A stretch of DNA of 64,000 bases, from assembly GCA_035248845.1 (NCBI GenBank), contig DATFHB010000084.1, positions 20,481 through 84,480 on the forward strand, read 5' to 3'. Positions 44,201 to 53,514 of the stretch are shown one piece after another. Within the stretch, counting starts at the first letter, position 1, and each line of letters opens with the position of its first letter. The position numbers were made by a program, and so were the translations under genes. Source of the DNA: Amycolatopsis sp. GTDB lineage: Bacteria; Actinomycetota; Actinomycetes; Mycobacteriales; Pseudonocardiaceae. The notes under the pieces are model-generated. The model saw nothing but the letters and a program-made list of their open reading frames with translations. It ran no database searches and was not told the DNA's origin.

Positions 44201-44726
44201 GCTCACCGAACCGCGCGCCGGCGCAGCCGAGAGGTGCCGGTTCACCTTCCCCCGGCAGCAACGCGACCGGTTCCTGTGCCTGGCCGACTTCTTCCGGCCC
44301 CGCGAGACAGGCGAGGTCGACGTACTGCCGCTGACGCTGGTCACCATGGGCGAGCCGATCGCCGAGTACGCCAACGAGCTGTTCGCCCGCGACGCCTACC
44401 GTGACTACCTCGAAGTCCACGGCCTTGGCGTGCAGCTCACCGAGGCGCTGGCCGAGTACTGGCACCGCCGGGTCCGGCAGGAGCTGAGCATCGCCGGCGA
44501 GGACTCGCCGAACGTGGAGGACTTCTTCAAGCTCGGCTACCGCGGCGCCCGGTTTTCCCTCGGGTACGGCGCGTGCCCCGATCTCGAGGACCGCGGCAAG
44601 ATCGTCACTCTGCTCGAGCCCGGACGCATCGGGGTGAAGCTGTCCGAGGAGTTCCAGCTCCACCCCGAACAGTCCACCGATGCGATCGTCGCGCACCATC
44701 CGGAAGCCAAGTACTTCAACACCTAG
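41208..44726 (+). CDS. metH: Cobalamin-dependent methionine synthase
   Basis: DGAMGT, GGCCGT, IGERTNANGS, KGDVHDIGKN, activation domain HPEQSTDA. Confidence 0.97.
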   Translation: MPDHVSSPLLEALTARVVVADGAMGTALQAHDLSLDDFSGLEGCNEILNVTRPDVVRGIHRGYLEAGADAIETNTFGANLANLGEYGIAERIFELAEAGARLARETADEFGERFVLGSVGPGTKLPTLGHAPYVTLRDAYVEQVRGLLAGGVDAVIVETTQDILQTKASIVAAHRAMAREGRRVPIIASITVETTGTMLLGTEVGAALAALEPLGIDVIGLNCATGPAEMSEHLRTLARTARVPLSVMPNAGLPELGPDGAVYPLSPEGLADALSGFVREFGVGLVGGCCGTTGEHIRQLAAAVRDIERAPRRPHPEPGVSSLYQPVPFAQDASVLMIGERTNANGSKAFREAMLEGRYSDCVEIAKAQTRDGAHLLDLCVDYVGRDGAADMRELASRLAAASTLPIMLDSTEPAVIEAGLEHLGGRCAVNSVNYEDGAGPDSRFQKVMRLVREHGAAVVALCIDEEGQARTAEWKVRVAARLIDDLTTNWGMRVEDIIVDCLTFPISTGQEEVRRDAIETIEAIRELTRRYPQAQTTLGVSNVSFGLNAAARQVLNSVFLHECVQAGLTTAIVHASKILPMARIPDEHREVALDLVYDRRRDGYDPLQKLMELFEGKTAASSRASRAQELAALPLFERLERRIVDGERIGLEADLDEAMTERPPLEIINDTLLSGMKTVGELFGSGQMQLPFVLQSAEVMKAAVAHLEPHIEGQSAGPRQNKGRIVLATVKGDVHDIGKNLVDIILSNNGYEVVNLGIKQPITTILDAAEEQRADAIGMSGLLVKSTVIMRENLEEMNSRGVAGAWPVLLGGAALTRGYVENDLTAVYRGDVHYARDAFEGLHLMDAIMAVRRGGAPAHDPEAEARRAERTARRERSLRIAEARKAREQPVEIPARSDVATDVPVPAPPFWGTRVIKGIPVADYAAYLDERATFLGQWGLRGAKGGQGPSYEQLVETEGRPRLRYWLDRLATAGILQHAAVVYGYFPAVADGDDLVVLTEPRAGAAERCRFTFPRQQRDRFLCLADFFRPRETGEVDVLPLTLVTMGEPIAEYANELFARDAYRDYLEVHGLGVQLTEALAEYWHRRVRQELSIAGEDSPNVEDFFKLGYRGARFSLGYGACPDLEDRGKIVTLLEPGRIGVKLSEEFQLHPEQSTDAIVAHHPEAKYFNT

Positions 44727-44738
44727 AGGGGGAGCACC

Positions 44739-45452
44739 TTGACCGCACCATCCACAACGGACGGACCGGCCGCCGTGCTGTGGGACATGGACGGCACCCT
44801 AGTCGATTCGGAGAAGCTGTGGGACGTCGCGCTCTACGAGGCGGCGGAATGGCTCGGCGGCACGCTCACCGAAGAGCAGCGCCTCACCCTCGTCGGTTCC
44901 AACATGAACGCCACCGCACGCTACCTGCTCGAGGTCACCGGCCGCGCCCGGACCGGCGAGCGGATCGCGGCGACCGGCCAGTGGATCCGGGACCGCACGG
45001 CGACGCTGTTCGAGGGAGCCATGCCGTGGCGGCCCGGCGCCCGCGAGGCACTCGCCTCCGTGCGCGCCGCCGGGCTGGCTTCGGCGCTGGTCACCTCCAC
45101 CGAGCGCTCGCTCACCGAGCTGGCGCTGAACACGATCGGGCGCGAATTCTTCGACGTCACGGTGTGCGGCGACGAAGTCGGCGGGCGCAACAAGCCGCAC
45201 CCCGAGCCCTACCTGCGCGCCGCCCGACTTCTCGGGGTGGGCCCGGCACGCTGTGTGGCCGTCGAGGACTCCCGGCCGGGCGCCGCGTCGGCCGCCGCGG
45301 CCGGCTGCCTGGCGCTGGTCGTCCCGAACGACGTGCTCGTCGAGCCCGGCCCGAACCGGGTCTTCCGCGATTCACTCACCGACGTCGACGCGGCCACGCT
45401 GCGCGAAATCTTCGCCGCCGAGCGGGGGAATTCCGCGCATGCGGTCAATTGA
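44739..45452 (+). CDS. HAD-family hydrolase
   Basis: WDMDGTLVDSE, KPHPEPY, VEDS. Confidence 0.9.
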   Translation: MTAPSTTDGPAAVLWDMDGTLVDSEKLWDVALYEAAEWLGGTLTEEQRLTLVGSNMNATARYLLEVTGRARTGERIAATGQWIRDRTATLFEGAMPWRPGAREALASVRAAGLASALVTSTERSLTELALNTIGREFFDVTVCGDEVGGRNKPHPEPYLRAARLLGVGPARCVAVEDSRPGAASAAAAGCLALVVPNDVLVEPGPNRVFRDSLTDVDAATLREIFAAERGNSAHAVN

Positions 45453-46269
45453 CGAATTCCGCGGGAATATCGCGATGCTTCCGGCCGATCAACGCGACGT
45501 AGTATAGCGGTTCCCCGTTGACATTTCGCCGGTGCTGGTAACGCTCGGACGTGAGCAGTTCCAGAATTTTCTCGGCGCGCAGCCGCCGGATCAGCGTGGC
45601 GAACCCGGATGTGTCGTCCTCCGACAGGAACCGGTCCTTGATGTTGAACGCGATCCAGCCCCGGTCGCTGACCAGGTTGAACGCGGCGCGGAACGCGGCT
45701 GGCGGGATGTCGGCGTAGCCGAGGGCCGCCACGCAGCACAGCGTGTTGAACTGGGCCGCCGCCAGCTCGTCCTGCAATGCGGGCGCAATCGCGGTCACGT
45801 CGGCCACATGGTAGGAGTCGTAAGTGTCCGGCCGGTCACGCAGCGCCGCCTCGCGTGCCTCGGGAATGATGTCCACCCCGACCAGATGATCAGGGCCGAG
45901 CCGGCGCAGCTGCTCGCCGACCAACCCGTTGCCAGCGCCCAGATCCAGCACGCGCAGGCTGGCCGGCTCGAACCCGCCTTCCTGCAGCTGTTCCTTGAGC
46001 AGCTTGCCGATCACGTCGGGCGAGGCACAGTCCAGGATGTCGTGGAAGAGTTGCTCGTACAGCCCGGGAATGCGGTAAATGCGGTCGTAGTCGTGAAAGC
46101 GGATGTCCTGCCACTCGCCGTTCACGCAAACGGAGCAGTGTTCGGCGTCCTGATCGAGCCGATTCGATGGCTGGGGGAGTCTGATCTGCAGCGCGCCGCC
46201 GGCAGCGGACGTGTCTCGGGCATGTCGGGAAAGTGACTCCTGGTTGGCCATCTCACTCATTCCATTCAC
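45445..46269 (-). CDS. Class I SAM-dependent methyltransferase
   Basis: RVLDLGAGNG, VGVDI; N-terminal IRFHDYDRIYRIPGLYE; start uncertain. Confidence 0.8.
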   Translation of the reverse strand: MNGMSEMANQESLSRHARDTSAAGGALQIRLPQPSNRLDQDAEHCSVCVNGEWQDIRFHDYDRIYRIPGLYEQLFHDILDCASPDVIGKLLKEQLQEGGFEPASLRVLDLGAGNGLVGEQLRRLGPDHLVGVDIIPEAREAALRDRPDTYDSYHVADVTAIAPALQDELAAAQFNTLCCVAALGYADIPPAAFRAAFNLVSDRGWIAFNIKDRFLSEDDTSGFATLIRRLRAEKILELLTSERYQHRRNVNGEPLYYVALIGRKHRDIPAEFVN

Positions 46270-46418
46270 GTCGGTACCGTTCGTGGCAATTCAAGGCAAG
46301 TGGAATTCGCAGCAGGTGTCAACCTTCCACCCTACGCCGGCGCATCATGTGACGCGGACTCCATCGACCGCGGCCCGGATCCAGCCGGCCGGCGCGCGGA
46401 TGGAAGGATCTACAGACC

Positions 46419-46682
46419 GTGAAGACCTTCGATGAGCTGTGGGCCGAGCTGGCCGAGCGCGCGCGCACCCGGCCGGCCGGATCGGGCACCGTCACCGCGC
46501 TGGACGCCGGGGTGCACGCGCAGGGCAAGAAGGTGCTCGAGGAAGCCGGCGAGGTGTGGATCGCCGCGGAGCACGAGACGGACGAGCGGCTCGCCGAGGA
46601 GATCTCCCAGTTGCTGTACCGGGTGCAGGTCCTGATGCTCGGTCGCGGGCTGAGCACCGACGACGTCTACCGGTATCTGTAA
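46419..46682 (+). CDS. hisE: Phosphoribosyl-ATP diphosphatase
   Basis: [36 protein letters not shown]. Confidence 0.95.
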   Translation: MKTFDELWAELAERARTRPAGSGTVTALDAGVHAQGKKVLEEAGEVWIAAEHETDERLAEEISQLLYRVQVLMLGRGLSTDDVYRYL

Positions 46683-46697
46683 AGACAGGAGTTGAGG

Positions 46698-47540
46698 ATG
46701 CTGCGGGTTGCGGTGCCGAACAAGGGTGCGCTGGCGGCGCCGGCGTCGGAGATGCTCGGCGAGGCGGGGTACCGCACGCGCCATGACCGCGACCTGACCG
46801 TCCTCGACCACGCCAACGAGGTGGAGTTCTTCTTCCTGCGGCCGAAGGACATCCCGATCTACGTCGGCAGCGGCGAGCTGGACCTGGGCATCACCGGCCG
46901 GGACCTCGCGGTCGACTCCGGGGCCGAGGTGGAGGAGACGCTCGCGCTCGGTTTCGGCGCGTCCACCTTCCGCTACGCCGCGCCCGCGGGCCAGGACTGG
47001 AAGCCGGCCGACCTGGCGGGAAAGCGCGTCGCGACATCCTTCCCGAACCTCGTGCGCGAGGACCTGGCCACGCACGGCGTCGAAGCCGACGTGATCCGCC
47101 TCGACGGCGCCGTCGAGATCTCCGTGCAGCTGGGGGTGGCCGACGCGATCGCCGACGTCGTGGAGACCGGCCGTTCGCTGCGGCAGCACGGGCTGGTCGC
47201 GTTCGGCGACCCGGTCTGCGTGTCGGAGGCGGTGCTCGTGGAGCGCGCCGGCAGCGCGCCGTCGAAGGCGAAGTCGCAGCTCACCGCCCGGTTGCGGGGT
47301 GTGGTGTTCGCGCAGCAGTACATGATGCTCGACTACGACTGCCCGCGCACGCTGCTCGACCGCGCGGTGGCGATCACTCCCGGCCTCGAGTCGCCCACCG
47401 TGGCGCCGCTGGCCGACCCGGACTGGGTCGCGGTGCGGGCGATGGTGCCGCGCAAGGAGGTCAACCGGGTGATGGACGAGCTGTCCGAGACCGGCGCCAA
47501 GGCCGTGCTCGCCTCGGACATCCGGTCCTGCCGGCTGTGA
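46698..47540 (+). CDS. hisG: ATP phosphoribosyltransferase (long form)
   Basis: [35 protein letters not shown]. Confidence 0.96.
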   Translation: MLRVAVPNKGALAAPASEMLGEAGYRTRHDRDLTVLDHANEVEFFFLRPKDIPIYVGSGELDLGITGRDLAVDSGAEVEETLALGFGASTFRYAAPAGQDWKPADLAGKRVATSFPNLVREDLATHGVEADVIRLDGAVEISVQLGVADAIADVVETGRSLRQHGLVAFGDPVCVSEAVLVERAGSAPSKAKSQLTARLRGVVFAQQYMMLDYDCPRTLLDRAVAITPGLESPTVAPLADPDWVAVRAMVPRKEVNRVMDELSETGAKAVLASDIRSCRL

Positions 47541-47700
47541 CTACGGCTCCGCCGGCGTGTCGCTGAGTTCGACGTACCACCACAGCGTCGCCCGGCGTCT
47601 GCGGCGTCTCGGGCAGAGGCACTTCGTCGTACCAGCGGTCGAGCTTGTCCTCCCGCCCCGGCACGGCGTTGGTGAGCGTCAGGCTGACCGCACGCGCCAC
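47540..47700 (-). pseudogene. Remnant of an EthD/DUF4286-like gene
   Basis: SD AGGAG, GTG start, ARAVSLTLTNAVPGREDKLDRWYDEVPLPE..TPG, then a frameshifted tail WWYVELSDTPAEP*. Confidence 0.5.
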
Positions 47701-47710
47701 CGTCGTTCTC

Positions 47711-48640
47711 CTAGCCGCGGGGCTTTTTCGGCATGAGGTCGTAGAGCTTCTTGCGGGCGCCGTTGTCGTTGGCACTGCGGGTGTGCGCGACCTCGGTGAT
47801 GAAGTCCTCGAACACGAACTCGTCCGCGATCGGTATCGCCTGGGACGCCGGACGCTGCGCCCGGTAGCCGTCCAGGACCTCCGCGATCTGCCGGAACGCC
47901 ACCGCCTGCGTGGTCTCCGGCGCGAACGTGGTGACCGGCGTGCCGTGCGCGGCGGCCTCGTTCATCACCACGCCCAACGGGACGTGTGCCAGCAGCGGGT
48001 AGCCGAAGTTGCGCAGCTCCTCGAGTGCTGCGACCGCGTACGTCGACATCGGCCGCCGGTACAGGCCGGGCACGACCCCGAAGTACGGGATGGGATTGCG
48101 GCCGACCGCCTGCTGCACGTAGTTGAGCTGGTCGTTGAGCAGCCGCAGCGCGCGGATGCTCGTGCGGTCGGGCTGCACCGGCACGAGGATGCCGTGCGTC
48201 GCGGCGAGCGCGTTGTTGGTCAGCAGGTCGAGCGCGGGCGGGCAGTCGATGATGACGTGGTCGTAGTTGGCGAACTGGATCACCCGGGCCAGCTGCCAGC
48301 CCGGCACCCGGAAGTTGTCCAGCCTGCGGATCAGGTCGAACATGCCCGGTGAGGTCGGGATGACGTCGAACGCGCCGCCGGGGCCGAGGTGGCTGCGGGG
48401 ATGGCCGACCACGAGCTCCTCGACCGGGCCCTTCCACGTCTTGGTCAGTGCCTTGGCCAGGCTCGGCGCCTGCGCGGGCACCTCGGGGAGGCCGAGCATT
48501 TCGGTGGTGGCGTGGCCCTGCGGGTCGAGGTCGATGAGCAGCACCCGGCGCCCGCGCTCGGCCAGCGCGGCCGCAGCACCGACGCTCAGCGCGGTCTTGC
48601 CGACGCCGCCTTTCTGGTTGACCACCGAGGTGATCTGCAC
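47711..48640 (-). CDS. Orphan ParA/Soj-family ATPase
   Basis: NQKGGVGKT, IDLDPQG, IDCPP. Confidence 0.9.
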   Translation of the reverse strand: MQITSVVNQKGGVGKTALSVGAAAALAERGRRVLLIDLDPQGHATTEMLGLPEVPAQAPSLAKALTKTWKGPVEELVVGHPRSHLGPGGAFDVIPTSPGMFDLIRRLDNFRVPGWQLARVIQFANYDHVIIDCPPALDLLTNNALAATHGILVPVQPDRTSIRALRLLNDQLNYVQQAVGRNPIPYFGVVPGLYRRPMSTYAVAALEELRNFGYPLLAHVPLGVVMNEAAAHGTPVTTFAPETTQAVAFRQIAEVLDGYRAQRPASQAIPIADEFVFEDFITEVAHTRSANDNGARKKLYDLMPKKPRG

Positions 48641-48719
48641 TCGAGCGCTCCCAGCATATTGGTCGTTGCGGGCGAGGTTAGTGGATCACGGCCCCCACCT
48701 GGGGGAGGTCACGAGCACG

Positions 48720-49499
48720 TCAGCGTGTCCGGACCATCAGCGCCTGGGCGCCGATCCCGACGGGACCGTCGAGGTCGCGGAGCGTACTCGTCGCGGTGCC
48801 GATGCCGCCGGGCCCGATCACGGTGGCGGCGTCGAGCCCGATCCACTCGCCGGCGGGCGGGCGCTGCAGGTGCACGGTGAGTTCGCTGTTGATGAACCAC
48901 CAGCGTGCCGGGTCGAGCGCGTTGGAGATGCCGTTGCCCGAGTCGGCGAGCGTGAACAGCCGTTGCAACGCGCTCGGTTCCTCGCCGTCGACCAGTGGCA
49001 CCCGCTGCCGCGCCCAGACGGCCGCCGGGCCCGGTTCGGCCACGTTCGCGGACACGGCCCGCCACTCCATCGCGGACAGGTAACCGCCGGACCACCCCGC
49101 CGGCCACGCTGCGGGCTCGCAGTCGTCCGGCTTCGGCCAGGGAGCGTCGACCTGCGTGGCGACCTCGCTCGTGTCGGCGGTGCCGATCCGCCACGCCGAC
49201 GCGCGCGCGACGGGTCGGCCACCGGCCGTGAGCTCGGCGGACAGCAACGACACCGAACGGCCCGGCCGGTCGACCGCGGCCCGCACCGTCATGTCGGTCA
49301 GAGGCGCCGGGCCGAGGATCTCGACGGTGACCCGCGCCAGCAGTGCGCCCCACGACGAGGGCAGCGCCTCGAGGGCGCGGACCAGCAGCGCCGATGGCGG
49401 GCCGAAATGCTGGGCATCGGGCGTCCACGGCCCCGACGTGTGCTCGGTGGGCCGGTAGCGATCTTCGCCCAGCGGCAGGTAGAAAGCGCCTTCCGCCAT
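48720..49499 (-). CDS. Thioesterase-family (double hotdog) protein
   Basis: GPWTPDAQHFGPP, LADSGNG, FINSELTVHL. Confidence 0.85.
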   Translation of the reverse strand: MAEGAFYLPLGEDRYRPTEHTSGPWTPDAQHFGPPSALLVRALEALPSSWGALLARVTVEILGPAPLTDMTVRAAVDRPGRSVSLLSAELTAGGRPVARASAWRIGTADTSEVATQVDAPWPKPDDCEPAAWPAGWSGGYLSAMEWRAVSANVAEPGPAAVWARQRVPLVDGEEPSALQRLFTLADSGNGISNALDPARWWFINSELTVHLQRPPAGEWIGLDAATVIGPGGIGTATSTLRDLDGPVGIGAQALMVRTR

Positions 49500-49501
49500 G
49501 C

Positions 49502-50392
49502 TCAGTCCGCCCGGTCCAGCAGCGACTCCTCGCCCGGATCGGGCTCGGGCCAGCCCGGATACTCCGGCGGGGTGCCGCCGAAGGACGGGCACAGGGCCTG
49601 GTGGGCGCACCAGTCGCACAGCCGGCTCGGGCTCGGCCGGAAATCCCCGGTCTTGCCCGCACGCAGGATCGCCTGCCAGATCGCCTCCAGAGTGCGCTCG
49701 AACCGGCGCAGCTCGGGTTCGTCCGGCGTGTAGGCCAGCGACTGGCCGTCGGTGAGGTACATCAGCTTGAGCTGGCGCGGCACGATGCCGCGCAGCCGCC
49801 ACAGCACCACGGCATAGAACTTCATCTGGAACATCGCCTTGGCCTCGCCGATCTCGCGCGGCGCGGCGCCGGTCTTGTAGTCCACGACCCGGATCTCGCC
49901 GCCGGGTGCCACGTCGAGCCGGTCGACGTAGCCGCGGAGCAGCACGCCGGAGTCGAGCTCGATCTCCACGTGCAGCTCGCACGCCTCGGGCGCGAGCCGG
50001 CGCGGATCCTCCAGCGCGAAGTAGCTGTCCAGCAGTTTCTCCGCGCTGCCCAGCCATTCCGTGATCTGCGCGCTGTCCTCGCCGGTGAACAGCTCCGCCC
50101 ATTCCGGGCGCTCCCCGGTCAGCTCCGTCCACGCCGGTTCGAGCAGGTCCTTGGCCCGCTCCGGCAGGCGGTCCTGCTGGGGCAGGGCGAACAGCCGCTC
50201 GAGTACGGAATGCACGAGCGTGCCGCGCAGCTGCGCCTTGGTCGGCACCTCCGGCAGCCGGTCGACCGCACGGAAGCGGTAGAGCAGCGGGCACTGCTTG
50301 AAGTCGCTGGCTCTGGACGGCGACAGGGCGGGCCGGCGCGTGGCCGGCCGCGACTCGTCGGGCCGCACCTCTTCCGCTGCTGTCTGTGCCAT
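49502..50392 (-). CDS. RecB-family PD-(D/E)xK exonuclease (Rv2119-like)
   Basis: LSPSRASDFKQCP, GYVDRLD..VVDYKTG, LCDWC..C. Confidence 0.9.
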   Translation of the reverse strand: MAQTAAEEVRPDESRPATRRPALSPSRASDFKQCPLLYRFRAVDRLPEVPTKAQLRGTLVHSVLERLFALPQQDRLPERAKDLLEPAWTELTGERPEWAELFTGEDSAQITEWLGSAEKLLDSYFALEDPRRLAPEACELHVEIELDSGVLLRGYVDRLDVAPGGEIRVVDYKTGAAPREIGEAKAMFQMKFYAVVLWRLRGIVPRQLKLMYLTDGQSLAYTPDEPELRRFERTLEAIWQAILRAGKTGDFRPSPSRLCDWCAHQALCPSFGGTPPEYPGWPEPDPGEESLLDRAD

Positions 50393-50399
50393 GGCCTTC

Positions 50400-50421
50400 A
50401 CCCTAAGGCAGGGCACCGACA
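50400..50421 (-). promoter_or_regulatory. PafBC (RecA-NDp) promoter motif
   Basis: TGTCGG-N10-TAGGGT, 7 nt before the ATG. Confidence 0.75.
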
Positions 50422-50493
50422 GTTTCGGGCCCTGCCACGCCCGGTTGAACTCCGTCACAGCACTCCCACATCGGGCGTTCTACCCTTTCTGCC

Positions 50494-51648
50494 ATGTCCG
50501 CGACCAGCCAGCAACGGCCGAGCCGCCCGCGACGCGTGCTCACCACGGCAGACGGCGGCCTGCTGCTGTTCCGTGTGCAGGACGTCCCGGTGCTGCTCGC
50601 GCCGTCGTGGTGGATCGGCGCGCTGGTCGTGATCGTGCTCTACGAGCCGATGGTCGGCAGGCTGCTGCCGGGCGCCGGGCCTGCCACGTCGTGGGCGCTG
50701 GCGGCCGCGTTCGCGGTGCTGCTCGGGCTGTCCGTACTTGCCCACGAGCTGGGGCACAGCGTGGTCGCGCTGCGGCTGGGCATCCCGGTGCGCAGGCTGC
50801 GGTTGTTCCTCCTCGGCGGCCTGTCGGAGGTCGCCAGAACGCCCCGGCAGCCGCGGCAGGAGGGCCTGGTCGCCGCGGCGGGGCCGATCGTGTCCATGCT
50901 GCTCGCGGGGTTCTGCGGGCTCCTGCTGTTCGCCGTGCCGCCCGGTTCGCCGGCGTGGCTGCTGGTCGCCGAGTGCGCCGTCGCGAACCTCGCCGTGGGC
51001 GGGTTCAACCTGCTGCCAGGGCTGCCGCTGGACGGCGGCCGGCTGCTGCGCGCCGGGGTGTGGGCGCTGACCGGCACCCGTGCCCGCGGCACCAAGGCCG
51101 CGGTGTTCGGTGGCGGCGTGGTCGCGGCCGGGCTGGTGGTCTGGGCGATCGTCGGCATGATCGACGGCAGCGAGGACCGCTGGCTGCGGCTCGGGGTCTG
51201 CGTCGTCACGGCGTGGTTCGTGGTGATGGGCGCGGGCGGCGAGCTGGCCGCGGAGAGCAGCCGCACCTGGCCGGACGGGCTGGCGGTGACCGACCTGGTG
51301 CGCCCCGTGCTGCAGCTGCCCGCGGAGAGCCCGGTGTCCGACGCGCTGGCCGCGTCGGCGGGCCGCGGCGTGGTGCTGGTGCGCGCCGACGGCGTGGCGG
51401 CCGGGCTGCTCGACGAGACCGAGGCGCAGCGGCTGGCGGCCGAGTCGCCGCACGCCCCGGCGGAACTCGCCGCGGAGCCGATTCGCGCCGACACCGTGCT
51501 GCTCGCGTCGGAGGCGGGGGAGGACATCGCCGAACGGGTGCGGGAGACGGCGGCGTGGCAGTTCCTCGTCGTCGACGACGAGGGGCGGCCCGCGGGCGTG
51601 CTGCGCCGCGAAGATCTGCGGGCCGCGCTCAACCGCCGTCCCCGCTGA
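50494..51648 (+). CDS. Site-2 protease (M50) with CBS-like C-terminus
   Basis: HELGH, AAGP, FNLLPGLPLDGG. Confidence 0.9.
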   Translation: MSATSQQRPSRPRRVLTTADGGLLLFRVQDVPVLLAPSWWIGALVVIVLYEPMVGRLLPGAGPATSWALAAAFAVLLGLSVLAHELGHSVVALRLGIPVRRLRLFLLGGLSEVARTPRQPRQEGLVAAAGPIVSMLLAGFCGLLLFAVPPGSPAWLLVAECAVANLAVGGFNLLPGLPLDGGRLLRAGVWALTGTRARGTKAAVFGGGVVAAGLVVWAIVGMIDGSEDRWLRLGVCVVTAWFVVMGAGGELAAESSRTWPDGLAVTDLVRPVLQLPAESPVSDALAASAGRGVVLVRADGVAAGLLDETEAQRLAAESPHAPAELAAEPIRADTVLLASEAGEDIAERVRETAAWQFLVVDDEGRPAGVLRREDLRAALNRRPR

Positions 51649-51665
51649 GTCCGGGCCGGCGCTGA

Positions 51666-52535
<870 letters not shown>

Positions 52536-52541
52536 GCGGCG

Positions 52542-53132
52542 TCACTGGACGATGCACCAGGTGGCGCCGCGCTGCCGCATGGCGACGTCATTGGTCTCGG
52601 TCTGGCCGTCGAGTTGCACCGTGACCGGCACGCTGGCGCTGGTCCCGGTGATCTTCGGGCTGCCGGCCTTGCTCGCGTGCAGCTGAACGGCCGCGGTCCA
52701 TTCTTTCTGTGTCCTGTCGATTTCGGACTGGGGCGGCGGTTCACACAGGAGCGTGGCGTACCGCGCGACGTTGCGAGCGTTGAACGCGTCGATCGCGGCC
52801 CGCGCGAGCGAGTCCGGGTCGCCGGTCCTGCTGTCCGCCGCGGTGCCGGACAAGCGGCCGGACAAGCTGCCGGACAAGCTGCCGGACGAGCTGCCGGTGA
52901 GCAGCAGCAACGCGGTCACGCCGCCGCCGGCCAGGACGACCGCCGCGGCGACGATCGCGACGACCAGCCCCGTCTTCTTCTTCGGGGGCGGGCCGGGCGG
53001 CCCGGGGAACTGCTGGAACGTGCCGGGCGGCTGACCCCACGGGTCGTGCCGGATTCCACCATGTGGGAACGGGGCGGGCGGGCTGCCGTACGGCCCGGGC
53101 TGGCCCTGCCGGCCGTAGGGCGGGTAGGTCAT
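52542..53132 (-). CDS. Membrane-anchored Pro-rich hypothetical protein
   Basis: Pro-rich N-terminus, one TM helix, SGSL repeat linker, small Cys-containing C-terminal domain. Confidence 0.7.
   Translation of the reverse strand: MTYPPYGRQGQPGPYGSPPAPFPHGGIRHDPWGQPPGTFQQFPGPPGPPPKKKTGLVVAIVAAAVVLAGGGVTALLLLTGSSSGSLSGSLSGRLSGTAADSRTGDPDSLARAAIDAFNARNVARYATLLCEPPPQSEIDRTQKEWTAAVQLHASKAGSPKITGTSASVPVTVQLDGQTETNDVAMRQRGATWCIVQ
52845..52897. repeat. 12-bp coding tandem repeat, about 4.4 copies
   Basis: GCCGGACAAGCG/GCCGGACAAGCT x2/GCCGGACGAGCT. Confidence 0.8.
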
Positions 53133-53462
53133 CGGTCGCTGCGCCTCTCGTCGTGATCATTCGGGTGCGCTCGTTCGACGCACGAGACGGGCGTCCGGTT
53201 CACCCCCGCGCCGAGATTTTCCCTTGGTTTGAACACCTTCCGCCGGGGAAGACCGAAAGTGAACGTCCTGTAAAGCCTGGATGGGGTGGTCGTGACATGG
53301 ATGATCGGCGCGCCGCCCCGAAGGCCGCACGGAGTGGTCGTGACTCCACGCAGGGTAGTTCTCCCGCCGGTCGACCGGGCACCGTGACGGGCGCTTGTGT
53401 AACGCGTTGTTTCATGCATCCGGCGCGACGCGCCGAGTCCGTGATGCGGATAGGCCTTTTCA

Positions 53463-53484
53463 TGTCGGTGATCGCCGGTACCGT
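53463..53484 (+). promoter_or_regulatory. PafBC promoter motif upstream of arc
   Basis: TGTCGG-N10-TACCGT. Confidence 0.72.
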
Positions 53485-53514
53485 GGATGAAAAGCACTCC
53501 GAGGAGGTGCCGAC

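Noticed and set aside
41166-44699. Very long antisense ORFs (here, at 9374-12583, 21327-23510 and many others)
   Set aside because: Shadow ORFs opposite recognisable genes, expected at high GC3; no protein motifs
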